A stretch of 63,239 bases of DNA, the filler included, from Choristocarpus tenellus KU-1152 (Eukaryota; Protista; Phaeophyceae), in NCBI GenBank assembly GCA_964200185.2. It is 12 parts of 12 records of this genome, joined end to end, with 100 filler letters (N's around TTAATTAATTAA, not from the genome) between each part and the next. Parts side by side here need not be neighbours in the genome. Positions count along the whole stretch, not along the records: positions 42,415 to 60,145 come from CAXNAD020000636.1; positions 60,246 to 63,239 come from CAXNAD020023062.1; 10 more parts are not named here. One strand, 5' to 3'. This document shows, one piece after another, positions 49,500 to 62,300 of this stretch; the stretch's first letter is position 1, and every line of letters begins with the position of its first letter. A program made the position numbers and the translations under genes. The notes beneath the pieces were generated by a model. It searched no databases. It had not been told where the DNA came from and saw nothing but the letters and a program-made list of their open reading frames with translations.

Positions 49500-49917
49500 A
49501 CACTTGTTCTTTGTTGTAACCATTTATTGGGCAGGGATTGGGTAGAGACAGTTGGGGGCCTCCTTTTGTTGGCATGACAATCAACACTCTTGTTGACAAG
49601 TTGAGGACATTGAAGAGAGGCTCCCAACAAATCTACCACAAGGAATCCAATTATCACCGAGCTTACACACTGATTCTTTTGGTGGATTATATACTTCATG
49701 GAGTGGGGTCCTTCACCCATTTAAGTCGAAAAATCGCATCAAGTGGTAAAACCTTTCCCACTTGGATCTGGATTGTGTTGAAGCGGGTCTTCCACTGCAT
49801 ATCATGATTTTTATGCATGATATGATCGTCCCCGAGCCTTTTTGTTATGGTGAACTCCACAATTGTGTTTGACTGAGGCCACATGGATGTAATCGATGGG
49901 TGAGTCTTCATGATCAA
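49500..49917 (-). mobile_element. Possible hAT-like transposase relic
   Basis: WKTRFNT resembles the hAT TRWNS motif and is followed by a PTVS-like segment; heavily decayed. Confidence 0.25.
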
Positions 49918-50550
49918 GAATTAGCAATCCATTAATGTATACCACTTCAAAGTATATCTTGGTAGTATGCTATTCTGGATACTCGTAGGTGACACCTCCA
50001 AAAATATACATAGGCCAGACGAGTCAATGTATCTTAGAGGGTAGAGCTGTGTCTGTGTGGGGACCAAAATCCAATGTTGCGATTTTTACGTAATTTTTGC
50101 TATCGTATTTTTTAGGAATTTTGTGTATCCTTGTTCCGGAGACACCTTTTCGTAACGTACACATTTTACCTACTCCGAAACATTTCAGAGCAGGTAAAAT
50201 GTCGTAAAAAGCCGGCGTGAAGCCAAGCCCCAATCGGACGAACAGTGCAAAACTCTTACCCTTTAAGGTACTTTCATTCAGAAGCCGACCAAATGCTCCC
50301 CAGTATATTTTGTAGTCGATTTGACATCTAATATTGAGGTAGTGGTGAAGAGGATTGTTGACCTTGTCAATACTTCGAAGTACAAGTAATTTCAACTCTG
50401 ATACTGTTATGGATGAGGAGGAAATGGGAAGGAGATGCCACACCACATGATCCTAGGGATCTTCATTCTCCTCTTTTTTTTAAACCATCTTTCAATAGTT
50501 TTTAATATTATTGTACTTAATGATGTCTCTCGTGATGCAGTGTATCAAAT

Positions 50551-50624
50551 GGCGCCATGGTTTAGTTGGTTAGAACATGTCGTTGACATCGACAAGATCC
50601 CGGGTTCGAGTCCCGGTGGCACCT
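50551..50624 (+). tRNA. tRNA-Val, anticodon GAC (50585-50587)
   Basis: Cloverleaf: acceptor GGCGCCA/TGGCACC (one C-A mismatch), D-arm GTTT/GAAC, anticodon stem TGTCG/CGACA with loop TTGACAT, T-arm CCGGG-TTCGAGT-CCCGG; a T5 run begins at 50624. Confidence 0.9.
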
Positions 50625-52405
50625 TTTTCTCTTACACCCTAATCATTACGGTACAACAAGTTCGAAGATGGTCAAGTTCAAACGCTATTTCGACATGCCA
50701 GCGCGCAGCGTCCACAGTCCAGCCTGGGTCACATGGCCCACCTTTGAGATGCTAACTGTAACTGTCCAGGTGAGTGCAATGCCCTCCTTTATCTTTTATT
50801 ATTCCTCATTTTCTCTGTTCTTTTTTTTTCTCCTCTTCACTTTTTTTTTGAACTACTAAGAATAATGCAAAACATTGGTTGTGTTTTAATCCAAGTCCTA
50901 TGAATCCTCCTCTACACTACTTTTTCACCACATCAGAACCCCCCGAACCAATGTGAAATGAGCAATTACAATAACCAAAACTATTATACCGCATAAAAGT
51001 CCACCATAAAAGCAAAATCTTACTTTCACTTTAGTGTGTGTGGGGAGCAGTCCAACCAGCCCTACATTCTGCACTACATTCCGTATTATAACTCCAAATT
51101 ACCATTGTAGCACCACATCTAACTGGGAATGTACCATACTTGTAGTGTTCTATAATAGTTTCTTGCATCACCTACATGTACATTGTTACTGTTGACCTGT
51201 TGGTTTCATACATTTTATTGACAGGAACTGCAGTAAATCGTGTAGTATATTATCAACGTGTCATATCCATAAGTCTCCCAAACATTGGTGGATGCGGGAA
51301 TTACTTGTTAACGGATTGCTTTGGTTCAATTTGTCTCGTATTCACTACCCTTCTCCCCACCCCTCTATCGCGCGACCATATAGTTCTAGGGATGGTAATG
51401 AGGCGTGAGTGTTGACTTTCAAGATATTTAATTTTGTAGGGCACAGCACAAGAGGAATTGTGCCTACCGTAAGGCCCCGTCTCAGCATAAATGGGCAACT
51501 GAGGTGTGGTATAGAAGTAGTGGGAAGCTGATCCTTGTCTTGACTGTTCGCCAAGAGTGGAAGCAACAGCATTTTATTGAGCTTAGAGGTCATGTCCCGT
51601 GAGTCAAGCCTGCACTCAGTTGTCATACTGAGGGCAAAGACAGTTACTTTTATTGTGTTCTAATTACGTGGAATAGTTCCCAACTGGGAAGCAGGCTCAT
51701 GGAAACAAACATCTACAGGAAAGTGGTACATGTGTCATTCACAATTAATCTCCTGTGCCTAACTCATACTTAAAAGCAATCAAGAATTCAAACGCAGCCA
51801 CTATACGTGTTTATATACAAAATTTACATGTGAAAGTGTTACATTTCACAGGTGTACGTATCAAGAGTCAACACCTGGCACTAGCAGAAGAAGCGATCGA
51901 GAGCAAAAGGTTGATACTCACTATATAGTCGACTACATGACACATGACGCTCTTATGCCACCGACTCACAATACATCACAACCAGAGACAGTTGGTCAGT
52001 GATCTGGATAGGACACACGCCCTCACCCTTCCTCCGAGAGTAGATCCTGCCTGGTCCCTTATGCTGTATCATTGGGTTCCCTTGGCACAGGGTGTGCTCC
52101 CAATGCAAACAGAATCTGGTAGTTCTCTGACAGCTCTCACCTCCTCCGAAGCAACCTGACAAATTTCCCATAGGTCGTTTGTTTGTTCCAAAGGTGCATG
52201 AGACAATGTTGATGTCGAAAAGGTAATACAATCAGAACTCATAGGGCTAGGAAGCATGGAGGTGGTGGGAGACCAGGTATTTCTCAAACAATGTCAGGAA
52301 GAGTGCGTTTACATCATCCATCGGATGTATGCAATTAAATCACCCAAAAATGGCGACATGAAAAAATCGACCCCAAATGGACAGCCGCCATCCCACCCCC
52401 CCCCA

Positions 52406-52436
<31 letters not shown>

Positions 52437-53021
52437 GATACTTTCGGTCTGAAAACAAAAAAGAAGGACATATTGTTTGTGAAGCAAGGGTCTACTGTAA
52501 CCCAAATCCTAACATTATTGAGAAAAATAAACACCTGATTATATATTGTATATCACTGTTTTAACTACTTGATTTGAAGCACTCCCTCCCTACACATGTT
52601 TCCCTAGCGCATCCTTGAAGAAAAATGGTTCCACCCACTCAGTGAGTGCTGCTAGTTCAACGGTGTTGCTTAGAGACATTGCCCTGAGGGGAGATGTGAG
52701 TCAAACCAAACGAGGGGTTCTCAGTTTATGGCCGTTTTTCATTTTGATCCAGTTGAGCCAGTTTTTGAAGTCTTTTGCAATACTCGCATATTTGAATTGA
52801 GTGTGATGAGTGTCGAGTTTGAATTGAGAGCGCTGGTTTCTCTTAGTTATTGTTTAACTCGAGTCTTTTTCGACAGAATTCAGAAAATATCAAAAACGCA
52901 CTTGTAATAAAAAGTCGAACTTTGCACCCCGTTTGTTAGCATCCTTAAAGTACTACTCTGGGTACCTCTCATTTACTTTGACTCTGCCGCTTCTCCCCTC
53001 AATCAAGAGGTGCACTAAGAA

Positions 53022-53165
53022 GACAAGGAGTGCTGTGTGGCTGGTAAGGAGTGAATCACCGACTTCTCTTTTAGTTCAACAATGACAAGGAGTGCTGTGT
53101 GGGCTGGTAAGGAGTGAATCACCGACTTCTCTTTTAGTTCAACAATGACAAGGAGTGCTGTGTGG
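53022..53165 (+). repeat. ~63-bp tandem duplication (2 units plus partial)
   Basis: GACAAGGAGTGCTGTGTGG(G)CTGGTAAGGAGTGAATCACCGACTTCTCTTTTAGTTCAACAAT repeated. Confidence 0.9.
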
Positions 53166-56100
53166 ACGAATTTCTGTCGGTACACTGTAGTTCACCACTA
53201 CGGACAACATGCAGGTGCAAGACCTACCTGCAATGGAGTGAGAGTATCCTAAAGGGTACAAGTTTTGCCCTGTTTGTCCATTTGGGGCTTGGCTTCCCAT
53301 GTTTTTTTTTTAAATGACATTTTCCTACTCCGAAATGTATCGGAGTGGGTAAAATGTATATAATGTGAAAAGGTGTCCAGCACAAGGATATTGACACAAT
53401 CTAACAAACACGATGGCCGAAATTACATCAAAATCGCAAAATTGGATTTTGGTCCCCAAATGGACGCGGCTCTACCCCCCTAAGATACTTTGGCTCACGC
53501 ATCTCCTTCCTTCCTTCCTTGTTCAGACAATGCACCGAGGCAACTAACACTCCCGTCTTCCTTAGATTTAACTTATCTGGACAGACAGAGTGGTTGACCG
53601 CACCTCGTTGTCCAAGGATCGTCGAAATACCATGTGTGAGCTCGCCAGCATTTCCTTGAGAATTTCCTGGAGAGTGCGAGTAGAGTATGAAAGACAGTTA
53701 CATGCACGTTCAATAACCTATTCTAACACACAGTTACATGCACATAATCAATGCAAGTGTAAACAACCACTATAGGAAGTTATCCTATCAGGGTGACCTG
53801 TTGGTACATACACATATAGATATAGTGTATGTACTACTTATACAGTGGACGCATTGATGTGATCGGTACTACTAGCGTTGTCAGATCAGGTGATACAGTG
53901 ATTCTTATGCCAGTAACGGGCATGGCATGGCTCAGTGTATCTCAAGAGACTTTGCCTTCTAAGCTTAACTACTCAGTAGTAGTTACCGTGTGTCATAAAG
54001 AACGAACCAAGGGAGCCAAAGCATTAAAGAGGGTAGGAGGTTTGCCCTGTTTGTTAGGGGCTTGACTTCCCACGTTTTTTTTATGCCCTTTTTCGTTTTT
54101 TTTGTGTAAGCACAATTACCTAAAATGTATACGGCTATGATAGGTGTGTCTAGAGCAAGGATATTGGTACTTGCTAGCAAACACAATAGCCAAAAATGAA
54201 TCAAAATCACAACATTGGATTTATGACCCCAAACGGACACGGCCCTACCCTCATAAATGCTTTGGCTCAAGGGCAACTTTAAGCGATGAGCTTATTTGAA
54301 AAGATCAAAAACAGGAGTAGTGGGAGCATGGCCAAAATGCATTGACTTTCTGTATGGAGCTCTTCATATGCACAGAATAGATGTAAGGTTTCTTCTACTC
54401 TAGCATCCACCATGTGGTGATGGTACAATATCATTTCATAAGATATTAGTCCTGTTTTTATGAAAAAAAAAGAAAGAAGACTCGTGTCAGAGAGCAGGTT
54501 CCACATATGACTTCACAAGCATATTGAAAAGTGAAAGGTTAGACCATCAAGCACGAACAGGGCATGGAATGCCTTGGCCGGGAGGGCATACCGCAAATTC
54601 TTCTGACTTCCAGTCATAATGTATAGGATCTCTACAACAGGCAACAGAAAAAAAAGCGCATAATCTCAGAGCTATGTCCTAAGTACCGATGGGTGGGTGA
54701 GGGAGTCATGCATAAGTCATGCCTAAATCATCTTATCTAGGCCCTCTTAAGAAATTTTGGATTTCCAGATCTTCCTCCTGACAGTCGGTTCTCCTGCCCA
54801 TCACGCAGCCAACCCCTCTAGTGGAGACTGTGGATGTTGAAGAGTTGGCCGACGTTTGTCTATACGAGCACGGAATCACCCTCCAGAGAGCTAGAACCAT
54901 GTGTACCAGAAGGCAGTCACAGATACCCCAAATACTGAAAGGCAACCCCTCCTTGGAGACAGGATGTCTGTGAATAAAGGTATACCTGTTCTTTGCGGTC
55001 CTTCTCACGCTCCTCCATCCGTTTCGTTAACTCCAAGACTTCTGTCCTCAGTGCGTCTGCCTACTTTGCACAAAGCATGTCCAAATCCAGAGGAGTGTGG
55101 TCACGGCAGGGAGGAGAGAGTTTAGGGTTGGGCCCATGGTATGCTAAAGAGGGAGTTCAAAAGTCCATTCGGGGCCCTTTTTACTCTGTAGTGATTTTGC
55201 AAGTTATTTGAGTGATCTTGTCTGATGTAAGAGCAAATGTTCTTCACCTAGATGCACCTTACTTTTCCACCCCCCTCCCTGCCTGGACTAAATCCAATGA
55301 AACTCACCCTTAAGACGGCAATCAAACTCAGGGTGTTTTCCAAACCCCATCAGCCTCGAATGGACAACCTGGGCTAACTCCCTCTCCACCCTCTAGGATT
55401 CTATAGGTCTTGCATAAGCAGAAGAGGGGACTGAACAAAATGACAAAAACTGAAGGCAGTATATGCCATAGACCCGTGCAGCAATAACAAGCAATGGAAG
55501 AGATAAACTACATCCACAACACATTTTTTCTATTGTGCTTGGAAAGGCTATTGCAATATATGTAAGAAGTACATTCCAAGTCGGCAATACTGTCGACTGG
55601 GGACAGACAGACAAGCAGTGTGGAGCAGTGTGACAAAGTTCTTGCTTGAAGTTCAAAGCTGTGTTTTTCTTTTTCCTTTCCCTTTCCCTTTCCCATTAGC
55701 AACCCTGTTTGTCTAGTTGCAGACCGTGGGACATCTGGGGATGTCTCAAACACTTTTTTTGTTCTTAGAGACTCCCAGTGTGTGGAAGCATTTTAGACGG
55801 TACGAGTTTTGCCCTGTTTGTCCGTTTGGGGATTGGCTTCCAATGTTTTTTTTTATGACATTTTCCTACTCCAAAATGTTTTGGAGTAGGAAAATGTATA
55901 CGTTATGAAAAGGTGTGTCCGGAACAAGGATATTGACACTTCGTAACAAACATGATATAGCCAAAATTGCATCAAAATCGCAACATTGAATTTGGACTCC
56001 AAATGAACACAGCTCTACCCTCTAAGATACTTTGGCTCAGTAGTACATACAGGCAGGATATCGGCCTGCCCATCATATTCCATACAGCAACAACTTATAC

Positions 56101-59100
56101 TCATAGGCAGCAAATATATATTCACACCCAAAACAAGTTAGAAAAACCTGCTGGTCACCGATCCCTTCGTTGCCAAGTGTAGGGGAAGCAGGCAACGGAC
56201 CTTGTTTGTGGGTATATTTTGGACACTGGCTTTTCCTACATCTGACCTGTTCCTTCAACTCCTTATTCCTTGAGTCCGCTTCGTCCACGACATATTGCAA
56301 CCTGTTTTGGAAACATACAGTGTTAACTCTAGAGTGATGACAATCCAATGAGTCTTTTTGTTTTGGTGGGTCAAACCGTACATGCATGGAGGGCTTGGTA
56401 GAGGTTAAGGTGGCGATTGTTTCGAGTCATGCATGATTACGACTCCTGAGTGATATCCATCGAAGGGAAGGATGCCATTGAGTTTTTTGATTCCTATGAT
56501 TGCCTCGTGGGTGCATTTGTGTTGAGTACTGTGTAGGGCCTTTTCAGCTATTAATGTCTTCATAGCATTTATTTCCCCTTCTACAGGCACACCTTCTTTT
56601 GAGGAGGTTGACTGTTTTTCAGGCATGGGCATGGTGTGTATGGCACAAGTTTCAAAGCTCAAAAAACGGACAAAATCGCCCCCCCTGGTAGATGGTTGCA
56701 CTCTGTATGTCTAGGACTCAATACTCAGTCGAGCAGACTATGATCTCACTCTCTATTTCGATTATCCATCTCAACGCGTTGGGCTATAGCGTCATCGATG
56801 CGATTGTCAAGGTCCTCAATCTCCGCAGACGCACGAGCGTGGCGATCCTGCACAAGGAAGTACACGTCATGAGGGCATAATGGGTTGTGATTGTGCAGCA
56901 GTGCGATTTTTAGGGTCGACTTTTCTTGTTTCTAGAGAAGTGGAATTGCACATAGTACCACCAGGGGGATCTAAAGAGGTTGTCCAAGATATGGACGCAT
57001 GCCGCAACATGTTGGGCACGATTAAGTCCCGTTTTTTTTCTTTCCCGTCCCCTGAATGTCTTGATCACGTGCACCACACCCCAAGACAACATGGCCACAG
57101 TTGCAAACCTGTGTGTGTTAGATGCTCAAAAAATCTTACACAATGCGAGTTTTTTGCCCAGCGTGGTGGTGGGCACGGTGGAGAGGGGTCTCACATTAAG
57201 ATCCCCAATCTCAGAGGTGAGTTTTTGCAGGTCCTCTTTCTCCTCCACGATCTGATTTTGTGATTAGAAATTATCACCAGTGATGCATTTCCCAATGAGG
57301 ACAGTCAAAGGGATTGAAGCGGCAAGGGCATTAGGACTGAGAGTCCAAGGTGAGGGGGCATAAAAATAAAATATTTGGATACCAAAACATGTAGCTGGCA
57401 GAATTAGTGGAAAAATGTGACCATCTAACTATCGTGAAAGAAACCAATGGCGGTATGGACAATTTAACGTAAGCTGTCCTCGGAATATATTTTATCATCA
57501 TGCCCTCTGACATTTCGCAGATGTGTCGGAGGACATATTTATGTTGATGGTATACCTGAAATCGTTCGCTGATTTCTCAATATCTGGTTAGCAGAATCTC
57601 CGATTTAGCCTTTCAAAATTATCGGACCGATTTTTTTGGCTACATTTGATACCATTGTTCAGACCACATTTTCCTTACCCAAGCAGACACACGGATAGAG
57701 CTCAGCTGATGAAATGCCCTCATGCATATATGTATATATATATAGGCCGTCTTTTGCAAGGCTGTGCAAGTATGACAATTGTACATAAGAGCAAAACTAA
57801 AAGAGAGGTACACAGGTTTAGACCCTTTTGCATTCTAAGCCATCTTCCTCACCCTTTACAATACACTCTATTCCATTGCTTGAACTGCCCAATAGTGTAT
57901 ACAACTTATCATATTTCCCCTCTCCACACATGCACACACAAAGTGACTGACACCACGATTCAGTAAAGGCTTTTCCAGCAACGGTTACAGTATGGCATAC
58001 TTTTGCCCTTTCTTGGGCACCCTTAAAAACCAACCCTGCCCACCTCTCAGTTGTTTTTATTCACAAGATATGTAACAGCGATACCTGCTTGGTGAGACTG
58101 CGCTGAATATCACTGAATATTGCAAACCATCTCTACGTACAATTGTAAAGGAGTTTTTTCTCCATTAGAGGGGATAAGCACACAGGTGATATGCTGCCAA
58201 AGGAGGATACATTGAGATATATTGGATTATCGGTTTTACAGCAACCAACAGCAGCATGCGGTAAGGCAGTTCCAGCTAGCACCCAGCCTCGCTTTTCCCT
58301 TTTCGAGTATTCAGAATGTGTTCCTGGTCACCCAAAACCCGAACTGGGTGTAATCGTACCATCTCTTGAAGTTTTCTAATCTTCTCCTCCCGCACAATGC
58401 AGTCAGGGTGTTCACACTCCATGAAGCCCTTTTCCCTGGTGTCAACGATGGGTTTGACAAACAGCAACAACGACAATTAATTATTAATTATTGTTAGAGT
58501 GACCTAACTGTTCGACATGCTGAAGTAAAGTTGTATAGTTGTATAGATGTGTTCTGCGGTGAGCTTAGGAGGGGAAAGAAAAGAAATGCAGAAATAGACA
58601 TGGAAAACCGAAATACCCACCTTGCTTAACGAGGCAATCGACTTGGCACTGTGTGGTAGGTTGCCAAGTCAGGCCGCCAGTTGATAATTTTGTGCTTAGA
58701 ATTTCTTAACTGAACATAGATGAGGAACATCCGTACTTGAACGCCGGAAGGTCTTTATGAATGTTAGCAGCCTGATATAATATACCCTAAAAGACTGGCT
58801 CCTTTAATGAAGTTGCTCATTAGAAGTACAACCATGGGTCAGAGTGAAGCCTATTGCAAGGGAAGAAGGTGGAGTGCATCTCCACTTGACATGTTGTATG
58901 CCTTGTGCAATGCATCAAAAACTAGGGGACAAAGGGTGTATCATGTTACCTATACCAGGAATAACACACACACACACACTACACAAACATGCACACACAG
59001 AGACAACGTATCATAGAGGGTTGGGCCGCGTCCATTTGGGGGCCAAAATCCATTGTTGCTGCGATTTTGACGTAATTTTGACTGTCGTGTTTGTTAGGAT

Positions 59101-59267
59101 TTGTCAATATCCTCGTTTCGGACACACCTTTTCATAACGTACACATTTTCCTAATCTGAAACATTTTGGAGTAGGAAAATGTCATTAAAAAACATGGGAA
59201 GCCATGGCTCAAATGGACAAACAGGGAAAATCTCGTACCCTCTAAGATACTTTCACTCACAAACACA

Positions 59268-59268
<1 letters not shown>

Positions 59269-59318
<50 letters not shown>
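59269..59318. repeat. (AC)n microsatellite next to a MITE A copy
   Basis: Perfect AC run. Confidence 0.95.
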
Positions 59319-59320
<2 letters not shown>

Positions 59321-62300
59321 GTCCTTGCTTGCTCTTCGCCGTGCCTGTTCTTGGATTAAGTTTTGTTTTGTCGGAGGCGGAAACAGATCACAGGGGAAAT
59401 GGGGAGAGGTCTACTGTGAAGAGGACCACATAACGGTGTCGTTCTACAAAAAGGCATTTGTTAGGAGGCAGAACGATTGCCGCTACCTGGTTTTTCCTTC
59501 AACAGAAGTACAGGGATACCCCTGGCCCTGTTTCCTCTTTCTGGAACATGAATGTTAGCATCACATAGACAGATTGAGAGATCCCGTGTCAATATATTTT
59601 TTAGATAGACGATTTTTCTATTTCTATGGGGTGCGAACTTGTTTTACATTCACTGTTTTGTTTTCAAGTGCTTTGAAAGTTTTTCGAGTGTAAAGAAATG
59701 TGGTAATAGGTTGTGGGGAGACCCTGTATCGTCTACAAAGTTGCAATTCCATTACAATGCATTAAGAGCCTGTTGTTGTTGCAGAGCAAGCCGTACAACA
59801 GCTTCATTGACATGCACATTTCGAGGAGCAAGGGAAACACACAAACACACACACACACACACACACATGTAATCTCCTCTGCAAGACAGAGATGTCTGTA
59901 AGGTAAGAACTAAACTACAGTGTAGACTGTGGCACCCCTATTGAAAATATGTTATTACTCCTTAGGCCTCCCAGCAGCAGTAAACATAACTAAAGTTGCA
60001 AAGCTGAATCCAAAGCTCCTACTCTTATACAATAGAGGTCACTTTATGTTGCCACCAATCAATGCCAAACTCGCTTTCAGCACATATTCAAGCACCCAGC
60101 ACGTTGGTGACTCAAAGCATCTGGGGGGGGGGGTGAGGGCTGTCCNNNNNNNNNNNNNNNNNNNNNNNNNNNNNNNNNNNNNNNNNNNNTTAATTAATTA
60201 ANNNNNNNNNNNNNNNNNNNNNNNNNNNNNNNNNNNNNNNNNNNNTTCGTTGTGTGTGCTTGCGGTGCGTTGTGGGTGCGGAGGGGTGGGGGGGGGGGGG
60301 GGGGGGTGGGGGGGGGGAGAGATTCTACACTAGGGTGTCCATTGGGGCCAAAACCAGGAAAAGTGCACTTACATTATCCTTCCGATGTATGCAACCAAAT
60401 CACCCAAAAATCGCGACATGGAAGAATTTGGCCCCAATTTCACAGCCGCCACACACACCCCAGATATGTTTGAGCCTTCCTCTCTTGGCAGCCCCTATGC
60501 ATCCACTCTAATCTGGGCGTTGGAAGGGAAGACAAGGAGCTGCACATAACCTGGTTCGAGTCTACTCGTTTTGGGTCACAATATTCCCAGCTGCTGAGAA
60601 CATGCAATCTCAACCTGTTTGTGTAGCAGAAATGGCCGAAATACGTCGGACAAGCTTGGTCAGGCACGGAAACTTGACCTCTGTTCCCACCACCACTTGA
60701 GCTGGTTGTTTTGGCTCAACTGTCCCTATCAATTAACCCAAAGTATCTGTGGGGGGGGGGCTCTACACCAGGGTGTGTATTTGGGCCATATCCAGGAAAA
60801 GTACACTTACATTATCCATCCGACGTATGCAACCAACACACCCATAAATCGCGACATGAAAAAATTGACCTCAAATGGACAGCTGTCATCCCTCCCCCCA
60901 GATACTTTGAGCGATTGGTTGGGAGCCCTCCTGTACCCTTGAGGGCATCAACCTCTATAATTTCTGCTTCCTCCCTGTGTTCCCTGATCGTGAGTTCTAA
61001 TTTCTCACCCTTTCCAGCTGAAAACCCACACACACATTGCACTGGAACGTCTCTTATGCACCATGTATCGTCTACTGGAGGGCTACCCATACAAGGTAGT
61101 CGGTACATGGACGTGGCCTTGGTTCCGTCACTGGACTACTCTTTTCCTCCAGTGCCTTGTGGTCCTTGTTGAACATTGGTACACCACTGTTCCTCCAGGA
61201 TAGAGAGATGCAGCGACTATCTGCCACAGTGGATCATTGGTATCTCAATGTTTAATACCCCTCCTCCAAAATGCCTAGAACTTCCAACTCCACCTTCCTC
61301 CAAATATGCTCATCATGCTCATTCCCTGGAATCCTGCAAGGAATTTGTTGCGGAGTCCAGAACCAGGAAGTACTTCCACTTTTTGATCCCTTTGCTGTGC
61401 TTACCATCGCTCAGAGAGTACTAGGCAATAATCCCCCCTGTATCAAATCAGTTGACAAAATCAGATAACAGTGTGCTTGCACACTGGCAAACACATTCTC
61501 GCATCCACCTGATCAAGGGAGGTGGCTTAAGACACTGCAGGCGTGCATTTCTTTCTCCAGCTACACTCGTATGTCGTGGATAATGGGAACAACTAGAGAT
61601 ACTGTCACAGATGTGTCACCCTCAAGAGTCTATTGTACTTCCGTGATGGACTCAAGTAATTCTCTTAACTAGGCTAAGTGTATCACCTAAGTATAATAAA
61701 TGAACAGTTGAAGGGAGATAGGGAATAACGACTAACGATTATAAAGGTACAAAACCGAGAACCAAGAAGGACAAACAATGCAACATAGTTGGTGAGCTTG
61801 ACTATAAATGTGAAGGAAAGGGTGTGTGTGATAGATGTCAATTATGTAACATGAAGATAATTAATTGCACACAGTATTTTCGTACAGGTTTGACGGGTGA
61901 CGAGTAACTTCTACTCCATTCCTCGTAGAAACGCTTCCGATTTATATTTTGCGTCTCTCCTATTCCAACCACTTACCTCCCACTTTATTGTTGACATATA
62001 TTGTGTGCGTCCATCAATGTTCTCTTGTGAAGAATGATGGCAGGTTTGAGGTACAGGAAGCAGTACACCATGGAATACGTCGAGGTTCCACCATCACCAC
62101 CATGATAGATTCCTGCTACATTGTATAAGTTTCCACAAGCACGAGCACACTGATCATGTTTTGTCCTACAGGATACCCTTGTGAAGAATGGCTGTGACAG
62201 CGTATTGAGACAACTCTGTGGAAAACGGAGAAAATTCTTTTCCAGGATTGGTTTCACGTATGGGAGATACGTGCCTTCCAAAAGGGGATGGTGTTTGGGG

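Noticed and set aside
50024-50446. Family of similar short ORFs (e.g. 26936, 35338, 36461, 55717, 62701)
   Set aside because: Chance translations of MITE A with no conserved frame between copies.
50435-50755. 106-aa ORF overlapping the tRNA
   Set aside because: Explained by the tRNA and its AT-rich flank; no coding signal.
56073-57263. Protein-like minus-strand fragments (also 6500-7059, 28900-29860, 51450-52160, 54733-55100, 60920-62400)
   Set aside because: Multiple stops and frameshifts and no recognisable motif; probably old TE or pseudogene debris.
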